A stretch of 64,000 nt of DNA from assembly GCA_951406725.2 (NCBI GenBank), contig OX597839.1, positions 10,974,001 through 11,038,000 of the forward strand. Direction: 5' to 3'. Below, in pieces: positions 40,670 through 53,641 of the stretch (positions within the stretch are counted from its first letter, which is position 1; every line of letters starts with the position of its first letter). Below the pieces are notes generated by a model. It saw only the letters and a list, made by a program, of their open reading frames with translations. It ran no database searches and was not told the origin of the DNA. The DNA is from Octopus vulgaris. Its lineage: Eukaryota. Both the position numbers and the translations under genes were made by a program.

Positions 40670-41003
40670 TATATATGTCTATGTATATACATGTTTGTGT
40701 GTATATATATGTCTATGTATATACATGTGTGTGTGTTTGTGTATATATATATGTCTATGTATATACATGTTTCTGTGTGTGTATATATATGTCTATGTAT
40801 ATACATGTGTGTGTGTGTTTGTGTATATATATATGTCTATGTATATACATGTTTCTGTGTGTGTATATATATGTCTATGTATATACATGTGTGTGTGTAT
40901 ATATATATATATATATGTGTGTCTATGTATATACATGTTTGTGTGTATATATATATATGTGTCTATGTATATACATGTTTGTGTGTATATATATATATGT
41001 GTC

Positions 41004-41053
<50 letters not shown>

Positions 41054-41310
41054 TATGTATATACATGTTTGTGTATGTATATATATGTCTATGTATATAC
41101 ATGTGTGTATCTATATATGTCTGTGTATATATATGTCTATGTGCATATATATATATATGTTTGTATATATATATATATGCGGCAAAGTAATTTATTTTAC
41201 TAAGCCCTTTTATATAATGTAATAATTTGAATTCGCCTTAAATAGTCCCTTTGCATACTGAATACTTGGTGAAATTGATTAATTAATTAATTTTACCCTC
41301 AATTGTTGAA

Positions 41311-41368
<58 letters not shown>

Positions 41369-42002
41369 TTATATGTCTGTATATATATATATAAATTATA
41401 GATATTATTACAATACAATAGTACTATTTTCCAGCAAAATAAAGCACCATAAAGGTAGAGTTATAAATAGGAAATAGTGGCACATATTTCTACCTGTCTT
41501 TCTTAACTGTCTCCCTATCTGTCAATCTTACTATCTATATCACCTTTTGTCTCTTCATGTTCACATCTGTCCACATTCCATTCCATAATTGTTTATGTTC
41601 ACATCTGTCACTCACCCTATATATCTACCTGGCCCTTTCTACACCATTTCTAGCCCTAAAATTTTCCCCTCTAGCAACCTGTATTATCATCATCATCATC
41701 ATCATCCCTGCTTTATTTACTGCTTTTAAGAATAAATGCAACAACTTGCCTTGGACATATTTTTACTCTGTGTACAAACCTACAGACAATCTTTATAAAT
41801 GTTGCTTATGATCTAAGAGAGAGACTGAATATTTATTTATTGACTGAAAGATGGAAGGATAGACAAGAACCTTTCCATCTACATCGAAAATCTTGTTTTA
41901 TATGCAGTTTATCCACAGGCATATGCATGTGTATGTATGCCTCTATGTATATATACATGCATTTGTATATATATGTATATATACATGCCTATATGTATAT
42001 AT

Positions 42003-42181
42003 CAGTACTTTTCAAACTTTTTGCTGAAGCGGAACCCCAAGGAAACATTCCACTGGCTCGAGGATCCCCTGTGCAATAATTTAATTGTCTTATGCACATA
42101 TATCTGCACAGGAGAATTAAAAATTACTGTCGATTTTAGCAGTTTTGTAACTTCTTGCGGAACCCTGGTTGAAAACCACTG
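42003..42181. mobile_element. hAT-type MITE with 8-bp TSD
   Basis: Termini CAGTACTTTTCAA..TTGAAAACCACTG; GTATATAT duplicated at 41995-42002 and 42182-42189. Confidence 0.75.
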
Positions 42182-43190
42182 GTATATATACATGCATTTT
42201 GTGTGTGTGCGTGCGTATAAACGTTACTTCATTTAGTGTTTTCTAATACATCTTCAAAATTTGGTGTAATGTTGATATTTAAAAATAAGTACTGTGCATG
42301 CTTTATTGGACAGTGGTCCTCTTAATTATTTGAGATCAATTACACACACACACACGCACATCTGCTTTCCATGCAGGCATGTGTTCAAGGTTTGCCACTG
42401 TACAAATTTCTTATTGCCTTTCTAAATAGGCAAAAACACTTCATTTTCAATTGTTTGGTGCGGTTTCTTCAACAGGATAACCTTCTTAAAATAAGGACCT
42501 TGGAGTGTACTAGGTATTATCATTTCCTTGACACAACTGAAGTGTCCTTCTCTAACTGCGTGATGCCTCTGTTAATCGCTTTACACACTGTTTTGGGTGC
42601 ATTTTATTAAAGTGCCAGTACTAGGGATGTTGCCTTCTTTGCTGCAAGACTAAAGTCAGCTCTCTACTCAACATTGTCTTAGTACAACAAGGCAAATGTT
42701 TACCAAAAGGGTGGAAAGAAGAGCAGTGATAGGGAGGGAACCAAAATGAGTGTGGGAAAGGAAAAGGAGTATGAAACACAATGGAAGAAAGAAAGACGGT
42801 GATAGGCAGTTACATCTTGGTTGTTGGTGTGGAAGTTGAATCAAGGAAAACAGCCCAAGTGATAGGATGGGAGGAAGAGGAAGTGATAGGGGTTGGACAA
42901 GGTGATAGCAGAGGGAGTAATGGAAGTGATGAATATTGACATGGATGACAGAGAAGGGATTATTCAGAGAGAGAGAGAGAGAGAGAGAGATTAATTCAAG
43001 GAGAGATGTAGGTGATGATGTCAATAAAAAGTGACATGGGGTAGAGAGAGTAATGGTAGTGGGTATTGTATATGGAAAGATTCAAAACTATCTTCTGTTA
43101 TACAGATGGCATAGCACAGACTAGATATAAGGGTAATCAGGAGCTCCAGGGCAGCAGATGGAGATTTAACTGGAAAATATACATGTGTAG

Positions 43191-43262
<72 letters not shown>

Positions 43263-43892
43263 CAGAGGCATTGCTGTGGGGTAAGAAGCTTTCTTCGTAA
43301 CCACATGGTTCCTGGTTCAGTCCCACTGTGTGGCATCTGGAGCAACTGTCTTCTATAGCCTAAGTTACAGTGACATAAATAAACCAACACCAGTTGTCAA
43401 GTGAGCTTCTTTCTGTTTCTGTCTACCAATAGTTCTACTTGCAGGCTTTGGTCAACCCAGGGTTATAGAAGAAATTTGTTCATGGTACTACACTGGGATT
43501 AAACCCAGAGAATCTTACAACACAGCCACACCTGTGCCTGCAGAGGGAGAGAAGTGATGCTGTTTATGAATATTGATAATAGGGCTCAGCACAGACAAAC
43601 CTATACATGTAAATGCGATTTATAAAGTAAATGGGATCTCTGTTGGTTTTGCCAATGAATTTTCACTTATTCAATTAAGAGCTACATGCTCAATGCATTA
43701 GGGTGAAAGTGGCCGAGTATTCCATATGTATGTGTACCCTCATCATAATTCTAAGGTGGAATCAGTATGACCGAGCTGGACATTCTGATTTCGGGTGCAA
43801 TGCAAGTCATAAGCTTCCCCACAGTTTCCGTCACCTGAATTTTACTCGCAAGACTTGGGATTAGAACTGAGACTGTGGTCAAATACACATAT

Positions 43893-44060
43893 ACTGGAGT
43901 GTCATCCCCTAATGTTGCAACCATGTCAGCCCCCTTGGGGCTAAACCCTTTTCCTGCAGGTACTTGATAACACCATAATAACAAATTTTGTTGATTTTCA
44001 AGAGAAGTTGCTACTAGTTACATCTGAAGTCTTCTTTGGGCAGTAAGATGTCAGTTTACC
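43893..44060 (-). mobile_element. Decayed mariner transposase N-terminal fragment
   Basis: Frameshifted GVIKYLQEKGLAP / ADMVATLGDDTP, typical of the mariner HTH region. Confidence 0.55.
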
Positions 44061-44286
44061 TGCTCTTTACTCTTTTACTCGTTTCAGTCGTTTGACTGTG
44101 GCCATGCTGGAGCACCGCCTTTAGTCGAGCAAATCGACCCCAGGACTTATTCTTTGGAAGCCTAGTACTTATTCTATCGGTCTCTTTTGCCGAACTGCTA
44201 AGTTACGGGGACGTAAACACACCAGCATCGGTTGTCAAGCAGTGTTTGGGGGACAAACAGACATACAAACATATACATACATACAT

Positions 44287-44340
<54 letters not shown>

Positions 44341-44414
44341 CTACTCACACACACATCAGCATTGGTTGTCAAGCGATGTTGGGGGGGACAAACAGACATA
44401 CAAACATATACATT

Positions 44415-44467
<53 letters not shown>

Positions 44468-44777
44468 TCACACACACATTAGCATTGGTTGTCAAGCGAT
44501 GTTGGGGGGACAAACAGACATACAAACATATACATACATATATATATATACATACACACACACACACGCATACACTGATTTTCTTATACACATACACACA
44601 GGCTGACATAAATTTAAGCTTGCCCACATGTGTGTATACACGCTTGCCTCCTTTCATATATACACACACTTGTGTACCCCAGTTCAACCGGGTTGCTGTT
44701 ATATCTCCTTCCTTCAGCCTCTTTCTTATAGTAATCCAGACATTTTTTTCTCTCATTCTCCATTCCCCCCCTTATCC

Positions 44778-44813
44778 CTTTCTGTCGAAGAGCATAGGCT
44801 TGAAACGTCAAAG
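44778..44813 (+). ncRNA. Minimal hammerhead-like motif, CUGUNGA-core family
   Basis: CTTT-CTGTCGA-A-GAGC-ATAG-GCTT-GAA-ACGT-C-AAAG: stem I CTTT/AAAG, stem II, palindromic ACGT, GUC site. Confidence 0.65.
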
Positions 44814-45430
44814 ACTGTTCCATTCTTCCTAAGCGTCAAACTGTTTTAATATACCTGTTTGTTGTTCACTCACGTATCTTTGTTTCTTGTTTTCTGTACA
44901 TTTGAAACACTGTGTGAGGTGCGTGTGTGTGTGTGTAAGTATCTATGTAAAAAGTGTTTTTTATTGTTTTTGTTTTTTTCGTGAGGTGGGTATGGTCTAT
45001 GAGTGAGTATCTGGGAACATTCTGGATTGGCAAAGAATTGCTTGTAGTTATGGGTGTGGTAGAGATAGCAGACAGAAAAGTGGTTGGAGAGAGAGAGAGA
45101 GAATTTAGGTGAAGGCTACATTCGGAAAAAAGAAGTGGAGGTATTTTGAAAGAAATGGAGTATTTTTTTTTGTTCTTTTTACTTGTCCCAGGTCAGCGAC
45201 CGCGGAAAGCAGTTAGTCAGTATTAGTATTCGTATATACAGCTTTACACGCGCACCCTTACTTACACACATACACACACTCTTTTATATTATGAATAGTG
45301 ACAGTTATTTATAAGTTTTGGCGTGTTATATCAATTAGGTTGATACATTTTTTATATATGCACTTACGTCATATATATGTATACACATGTAAATACATAT
45401 ACTTGTGTGTGTATGTTGTATGAGTGTATA

Positions 45431-45483
<53 letters not shown>

Positions 45484-45564
45484 AACACACTTTTTACAAT
45501 GTTAAGTGACAGTTGTAAGTTTCACCGCTGAAACTCAATCACTGCTTCTTAACATTCATTTAGA

Positions 45565-45611
<47 letters not shown>

Positions 45612-45696
45612 AGGTCCCGGGTTGAGTCGGGGTTAACCACAGTAAATAAGGTACTCAATACATAGCAGAGTAAATTAATTTATTTTATAGAAGGAC

Positions 45697-45743
45697 CTTC
45701 TACAGGACTAGAACTGTTTCATTCAAATGAAATCATCAGGAAG
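45697..45743 (-). ncRNA. Type I hammerhead ribozyme, mirror copy in the same palindrome
   Basis: Minus strand reads CTTC-CTGATGA-TTTCATTTGAAT-GAAACAG-TTCTAGTC-CTGTA-GAAG; stem I CTTC/GAAG. Confidence 0.8.
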
Positions 45744-45793
45744 CTTCCTGATGATTTCATTTGAATGAAACAGTTCTAGTCCTGTAGAAGCTT
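45741..45793 (+). ncRNA. Type I hammerhead ribozyme, canonical core
   Basis: Stem I AAGCTTC/GAAGCTT; core CTGATGA (45748-45754); weak stem II TTC-ATTT-GAA; GAAA (45767-45770); stem III ACAG/CTGT; GUA cleavage triplet after 45786. Confidence 0.85.
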
Positions 45794-45802
45794 CTTCTAT
45801 AC

Positions 45803-45833
<31 letters not shown>

Positions 45834-46408
45834 CATTACACGCTCACACACACATACGTGTGTAAATCTACTTTTTTGTGACATGGATTCTTAGACGATC
45901 TGTATAATACACACGCACAAACACAATTTGCATACGCACTCACATATGACTTGTACCAGCTTGGAAAGCGAACGACGATGATGATAGGGATACTAATAGG
46001 AATGTATGTATGTGTGTGTGTGTGTGTAATATATATATTATATATGAAAGGCGGCGAGCTGGCAGAAACGTTAGCACGCCGGGCGAAATGCGTAGCCGTA
46101 TTTCGTCTGTCGCTACGTTCTGAGTTCAAATTCCGCCGAGGTCGACTTTGCCTTTCATCCTTTCGGGGGGGGGGGTGATAAATTAAGTACCAGTAACGCA
46201 CTGGGGTCGATGTAATCGACTTAATCCGTGTGTCTGTCCTTGTTTGTCCCCTCTGTGTTTAACCCCTTGTGGGTAGTAAAGAAATATATAATATATATTA
46301 TATATATATAAATATAAAGGGAAAGTTTACGAAAATAAACAAAAGACGAAGACAGGTGGAGTACAAACAAACAAATGTATTAGTATAGCGCTCAGGAATA
46401 GAAAAAGT

Positions 46409-46444
46409 CTTTTACGTTTCGAGCCTACGCTCTTCGACAGAAAG
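46409..46444 (-). ncRNA. Minimal hammerhead-like motif, CUGUNGA-core family
   Basis: Minus strand CTTT-CTGTCGA-A-GAGC-GTAG-GCTC-GAA-ACGT-A-AAAG, inside a ~200-bp element (~46315-46520) flanked by (TA)n. Confidence 0.65.
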
Positions 46445-46517
46445 GGACACAGAAAAAACAAGGAGAGAAAAATATGCGTGTAGGAGCTAACCATCTATCA
46501 TGGCGTCCTGACTTCAG

Positions 46518-46591
<74 letters not shown>

Positions 46592-46600
46592 TGTATGTAT

Positions 46601-46631
<31 letters not shown>

Positions 46632-48152
46632 AACTTACATCTATGATAGCTAGTATGTCTGTTTACTTATTGTGTTCACTTGCGAAACACGTGATACTGT
46701 TTCGGGGAACAGAATGAATCTCACAACATCGATCATCTCTCTCTCTTTCTTTCCCCGCTCTTACGGAGACTGTCTGAGAATTCATTTGCAGGAAAGATAA
46801 AAAGAAATATCCACATTGTGTGTCTTGTGTATGCGTGTGTGTTTGTGGTGGGCTTGCTTTGTGTAAAAAGTAAGTAACCAGCAGTCAGGTATGTATATTG
46901 GCGGCGGAGTGGCGAGGCTGTCATGTGTAGTTTTTTTCTTTTTTTTTCTGGTGGATGAGGGAGAAGCTGTGAGCGTGCGTGTGTGTGATGTTTTGAGTGA
47001 TGTGTTCAGAATATGACCGCTGGAGATGGGATGTGAAGTATCCTCGCTGAAAAGGAAACAATGGTTTTGAAAGGAAACAAAGATACCCGAATATGATGGT
47101 TTTTGTGGATGGTTTTATTTACCGCCTTCTTTGGTTTGTGTCTCGAGTTGGTTTCATTTGATGTCGATGGCTGTAGAAGTAACGCCTCCTCTCCTCTAGA
47201 AGGAGAAAGGGGAAAAAAGGGACCGACTAAACAGTCTATTTCACATTTCTTTTATCGACATTCCAGTGGCACTGAGTCGTTTGACCACCGTCGATGACCT
47301 CCACACCAACTGTGTTCATTTGTAAAACTTCTAAGCTACGCTTGGACAATGGTTCCCAACCATTTTTGCTTATGGACCCCTTTGATTCCTATTTTACTCT
47401 ACTGGACCTCCATAGCTATTTGATGTTAAAAAAAATCTAGTATTCTATAATTAAAATTTTATTATGAATAGTATTAAAAAAATTAGAATATTAAATTGTA
47501 GGCGCAGGCGTGGATGTGTGGTAAGAAGGTTGTTTTCTAACCACATTGTTCCGGGTTCAATCCCACTGTATGGCACTTTGGGTAAATGTATTCTACTATA
47601 GGCTAGGTAGTGATGTACTGAATGATATAGGCAAAACTTCTAAATAAAAGAAAATTTGTCTCTTAATTGGAGAAAGAGAACCAAGAACTCTGCCAAAGAA
47701 CCGTTGTTAGCAAATCTCGCAGTAAAAGGGCAGATAATTAGAAGAAATTAATCAATTTTACAGGAAGTTGAATTTTCATGCTTACAGTGAAAAATGTGAT
47801 GCTTGTTAGTAGCGTGATATAGCTTTAGAGATGTTTCAGTCTTATTATACCTCATTAGCATGTCTTTTCAAAGTTTTCCATCATCGTTGGTTCTTCTACA
47901 GACCCAAACGGACCAAAGCCTTGAGAGTGGATTTGGTTGGTGGAAACTGAAAGAAACCTTGTGTGTGTAAGATATATACGTGTGCGCGTGTTTGTCCCAC
48001 ACCACCGCTTAACTGGTATTGATTTGTTTACGTCCCTTTAAGATAGCAGTTCGTCAAGCTTAAAAATAAGCACAGGGGTCAATTCATTCGACTAAAACCT
48101 TTCCAGAGTTCCAGCATGGCCGCAGTCTAATGAGTTAAACAAGTAAAAGATA

Positions 48153-48330
48153 TTTCGTTTTTGGATTTGGTTTGCAAGATTCTTTATACGAGTTCGTGTG
48201 TTGAAGCATATTCTGTTGTGTCTGGGGAGAGTCATTCTCTTTTAGTGCCTTATTATAAGAAATAAGTGGAAATTTTACCGGTGAGTGTGTTAAATAATAA
48301 GGCACTAAAAGAGAATGACATTCCCCAGAC
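48153..48330. mobile_element. Short insertion with internal inversion and 14-bp TSD, in a SINE tail
   Basis: ACAAGTAAAAGATA duplicated at 48139-48152 and 48331-48344; ~40-bp inverted arms at 48217-48256 and 48294-48333. Confidence 0.7.
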
Positions 48331-49049
48331 ACAAGTAAAAGATAGTAGATGGAGAAAGGAGTACGAAGAATTTTGGTCAATATAATTTGTATAAGTACCT
48401 TACCTTGCCCTTTTAACCCCTCCCACTAAAAGTACAATCTCTTCTGGTACTCACACCTACACGGAAAACAGTCAAACTTCATTCATATCACACCCAACTT
48501 GAAGGATATGCCATAGAGGAAGGATCTAACAAATCACACGACTTGTCAGGAATAGCAGTCAAATTTCCACGAAATCACGTTTTTATTTTCATTTTTAAGG
48601 CACACAAGATACTGTAGGCTTAAACGAACTGTTTTCTGTATATATATAAAAAAACAAAAAAAGCAGCTAGAGTACATTTCACCATAGATCAGTCTGCTCG
48701 CTTGGGACCGATCGGAGCTGTAATTGGTAAGAGTACTTGGTAATCAAAGATATACATACAGTAAGGCAGGATTGTCAAGGCTCGAATTCCGCTGAACCTA
48801 GGACTTAAACAGCAACAAATACTATATACGAGTATGCGTTTGTGATAGAGCTAATTGTATGCATAAGTATCTGCAATTCAAGGAAAGACTCAATAAATTT
48901 GGTAAGTAGAGTAGATTTATATTACAAACTATATATATAACGGGCTTTAGACTATTTCGCTGTATTATAATAGCTCAAGCTATAATATATATCAGCGAAA
49001 TGTACGTTGCAACCCGTAAAATATCGTGCGCTTGTGTATACGTGTTTGT

Positions 49050-49103
49050 ATATCTATCTATCTGTCTGTCTGTCTGTCTGTCTGTCTGTCCATCCATCTA
49101 TTC

Positions 49104-49178
<75 letters not shown>

Positions 49179-49247
49179 CCTCTATCTATCTATCTATCTA
49201 TCTATCATCTATCCCTCTGTCTGTCTGTCTATCTATCTATCTAGCTA

Positions 49248-49281
<34 letters not shown>

Positions 49282-49311
49282 CATCTATCCTTCTATCCAT
49301 CCATCTATCCT

Positions 49312-49373
<62 letters not shown>

Positions 49374-49435
49374 CATCCATCCATCTATCCCTTTATCTAT
49401 CTATCCATCCATCCATCTATCTGTCTATCTATCTA
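49050..49435. repeat. (TATC)n/(TGTC)n tetranucleotide array
   Basis: Direct reading; a second compound (TATC)n/(TC)n array lies at ~53260-53850. Confidence 0.95.
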
Positions 49436-50047
49436 CATACATATATACATGTATGCACACACATACTTGTGTGTTTATGTGAGTGAATTTTCCTTCCTGC
49501 TTGAAGCCGAGGCGAATCCCTTGCCTAAGATAAGCCATGCCACACTCCACCGCCTCTTTTCACTGCATGGCGGTGCTAGTGTTGGCTCAACCTTGGCAAA
49601 AATGATGTAACTACATCAGAATTTCTTCTGGTTTGCTCCCTCTTTTCCAGCAAGCCACCCTCTCTCTGTCTGTCTCTCTGTCTCTCTCTGCCACTGGTTG
49701 GTGGTGCACTCTGCCAGCCGCGCCACTCCATACATTAAGCTTCTGTATTCATTTGCTGCTGCTGCTGCTACTACTACTGTTCTTGTTGCTCGATACTAAT
49801 AGTACTGCCTGTTTCCAAGACAAGCTAAGCTAGACACTTCTCGGCTGTTCTTCCATTCTGGAATAGCTCATTCTATTTATTTATTCATTCCACAACATTT
49901 TCCTTCCTCCCTCTCTCACCAGCGCATAAGAATAATGGCGCACAACTCTTCTCCCCGCCCTTTTCCCCCCTGCCCGGTCGCTGCTCTTTGCTGGCTGCCT
50001 GGTTACATCGTGTGTGTGTGTGTGTGTATGTATATATATATCTTTGT

Positions 50048-50419
50048 TCTTTTACTTGTTTCAGTCATTTAACTGCGGCCATGCTGCAGCACCGCCTTTA
50101 GTCGAGCAAATCGACCCCGGGACTTATTCTTTGTAAGCCCAGTACTTATTCTATCGGTTTCTTTTGCCGAACCGCTAAGTTACGGGGACGTAAACACACC
50201 AGCATCGGGGAAAAACACAGACATACAAACATATACACACACATACATACATATATACGACAGGCTTCTTTCAGTTTCCGTCTACCAAATCCACTCAAGG
50301 CTTTGGTTGGCCCGAGGCTATAGTAGAAGACACTTGCCCAAGGTGCCACGCCGTGGGACTGAACCCGGAACCATGTGGTTGGTAAACAAGCTACTTACCA
50401 CACAGCCACTCCTGCGCCT
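50048..50419 (-). mobile_element. SINE family A, near full length, CpG-rich (young)
   Basis: Same architecture as 8464-8882. Confidence 0.85.
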
Positions 50420-52146
50420 ATATATATATATATATACACACACACACATAAATACATATATATGCACATAATTATATACTACAGGCATATAATATACACG
50501 TGTGTGTGTATATATATCTCCCCCCCTCTCTCTCTCTCTCATATATACGTGTGTGTGTATATTTACACACACACATACCAACGACAACTTACAGCCCTGA
50601 GCCAGCGAAGGAGTCACGATGTAGTTGTTAACCTGGTTGAAATATTAACTAAATTTAAACCTCATTTAAATCACATTCTATCGTCTTATAAAAAAAAAAC
50701 TCTATTAAATTATGTAATCTTATAAGTACACTGTTCCTGACTATAAACAGTGGAATGGTCACGGCTAGAATGTCTCTGATTACAAGCCTACTCAATCAGG
50801 ACAGACTTTGTAGTGATTCTGTCGAGCTCAAGGAACAAGACCTCGTATTTCGGTTGCAGTGAGGAGTTAATCGATTTGAGCGACCTCAATATATGACTGG
50901 TACCTTATTTTATCGATCTTTAACCTTGGTTAGATTTGAACTCAGAACGTAACTGAATAGCTCAAAGGAATTCTTTCTGATCTGAGGTCTGTCGATTTTG
51001 TCAATCCAGTCAATAATAATAATAATAATAATAAGTTTTGTTTTATATTTTAATAATAATGATTTGTAACACAGGCGCGAGGCCACACATTCCCTCCCTT
51101 ACACCTGCCCATCCACCCACTACCCAGGTCGGTAAAATCGATATATCGATCCTCTCAGTACTTAGGAGATACTTTATTTTATCGACCCCCGGAAGGATGA
51201 AAGACAAAATCGATCTGGCTAGTATTTGAACTCAGTTCATTGATAAAGAAAAATAATGATAATAATATAAAGATGATTTTTAAAAAAATATTTGTCAAGG
51301 AGGTAACACAAAGGCAAAACATTTAGGAGTGTACAAAGATTATAGCAATGATGATGATGATAGCTAATTTTGGTACAAGTGCAGCAGTTCTGAGGGTTTA
51401 TCGATAACATCGACCTCAGTTAATGACTGCTACTTTATTTTATCGAACCAGGAAGGCTTAAAAGGTAACGATGATCCCGGCTGAATTTAAATTCAGAATG
51501 TTAAGAGTAATAAAATGGTGTCATTTGTAGCGCACATAAGGGCCAGGAAATGTGTCAGGAAAGGCGGGGCGGGACGTGGGGTGCAGTCGATTTATATCGA
51601 TCCTAGTGCTTGAACGTGATCTATAAGAATGCGTATGTGTGTGGCTGTGGTTAAAGAAGTTTGCTTCCCAACCATGTGGTCTCGGGTTCGGTCCCACTGC
51701 GCGGTACCGTGGACAAGTTGTCTTCTCCTATGGCCCCGGGTTGACCAAAGCTTTGTGAGAAGATTCGGTAGACAGAAACTGAAAGGAGCCCGTCGTGTGT
51801 TTGTTTGTTTGTCCACCTCACTCACCGCTTGACGATCGGTGTTGGTTTGTTTGCGTCCTCCAAAAGAAGGAGATCGATGGAATAAGTAAGTACCGGGCTT
51901 TAAAATAATTACTGGGGTTGATTTGTTAATTCGTTGCTCCAGCATGGCCGCAGAGAAGTAATGTAACAAAGTCAAAGATAAAATAAAAGATTACACATAA
52001 ACACACACACACACACACACACATTATCGATTCCAAAAGAGTGAAATGGTCGTGTCCGACCTTTCTGTGATTTGAACCCAGAACATCTAGTGAATGAATG
52101 AATAAAAGCTGTGCTGAAAAACGAATAAGCATTTAGCTGGTTTGCA

Positions 52147-52210
<64 letters not shown>

Positions 52211-52356
52211 GGGAGAGAGGTTGTGAGAGGTAATGGTGTCAGGTAATGCTGACTAAGTGCTATGGATAGACCATAGTTAAGTTCCAGGTTCGGCGATTAT
52301 GCGAATAAGGGGTCCAACTTAGGTCTTATAACAGCGTGTGTATATATTACGGGAAA

Positions 52357-52403
<47 letters not shown>

Positions 52404-53378
52404 TGTGTGTGCAAGGGTTGATTCGTTCGACTAAAATTCTTCAAGGCAATGCCCCAGCCTGGCCGCAGTCAAACGACTAGTATATGATAATAGACACATC
52501 ACACATATTTGTATGTGTATATATGTGTCTGTATGTGAGCATATATATATATATGCATGCATGCTTATATATGTATGTATGTGTTATTGTAGTGCACCTG
52601 AACACTATACAGCCAGCTCATTATTATATTATATATTTAACCTTTCGAGGTGGTGCCCCATCATGGCCGTAGTCGAATGCCTGAAACAAGAGATAAAAGA
52701 ATTTCTGGTTTCAGTCGTTGGACCGCGGCCATGTGGTAGCAACTTACCCTAGCAGTGATGAATTTCATTTCCTCACGTTTCCTATTTCCTCCCTGTCAGC
52801 TCCTCTCTTTCTCGCAATCTACTCCTACCACCACCACCACCGTTAAAATTTATTGTGTGATGAAGTTTGCTGGAGTGGAGTGGCATAGTGTTGGAGCCTG
52901 CGACCTGTGAAAGCTGTGTCATTTTTATTATTGAGGCCCCTTTGCTTTTTCAGTTAGAGAGCAGCTAGTCTTTTTTCCCTTTTACACGCACACAGCACAG
53001 CTAGCTAAGCACGTCCAACTAACCAGCCAGCCAGCCAGCGATTAAATATAGTGAATAGCTTTCACCAACCACTACCATCCAATGGTGGACTATCGCTGGG
53101 CTGACTTAAATCAATATAGACATAGACTATCAATCAAGCCTCTTCTTTATTTCTGCTCTGTAACCAACCATCTGTCTGCTTATCTAGCTGTCGATCTTTA
53201 TCTCTCTTTCACTTGTCTGTCTAACTGTGAATATCTGTTGTGTTATATCTGTTTGTTTGTCTCTATCTAGTTATCTCTATATCTGTCTATTTAGCTATCT
53301 CTACATCTCTAATCAATCTATGTCTTGTTTTATTTATCTATCTGTCTCTCTATTTGTCAGTCTATCGATCTATCTATC

Positions 53379-53449
<71 letters not shown>

Positions 53450-53576
53450 ATCTATATATATATATATATATCTATCTATCTAATTATCTGTCTCTCTCTC
53501 TCTACTATCTCTCTATCTTATCTATATATCTCTCTCTCTCTATCTATCTAATTATCTGTCTCTCTCTCTCTCTATC

Positions 53577-53641
<65 letters not shown>

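Larger units (their letters stand above)
45676..45811. repeat. Near-perfect spacerless palindrome (68-bp arms) centred on AAG|CTT
   Basis: Direct reading; centre between 45743 and 45744; three mismatches, all in the outer part of the arms. Confidence 0.95.

Noticed and set aside
47810-47862. Decayed hammerhead-like traces here and at ~14755-14790, 16595-16640 and 48945-49000
   Set aside because: Cores are broken and stems ambiguous; possibly dead relatives but not supportable by eye.
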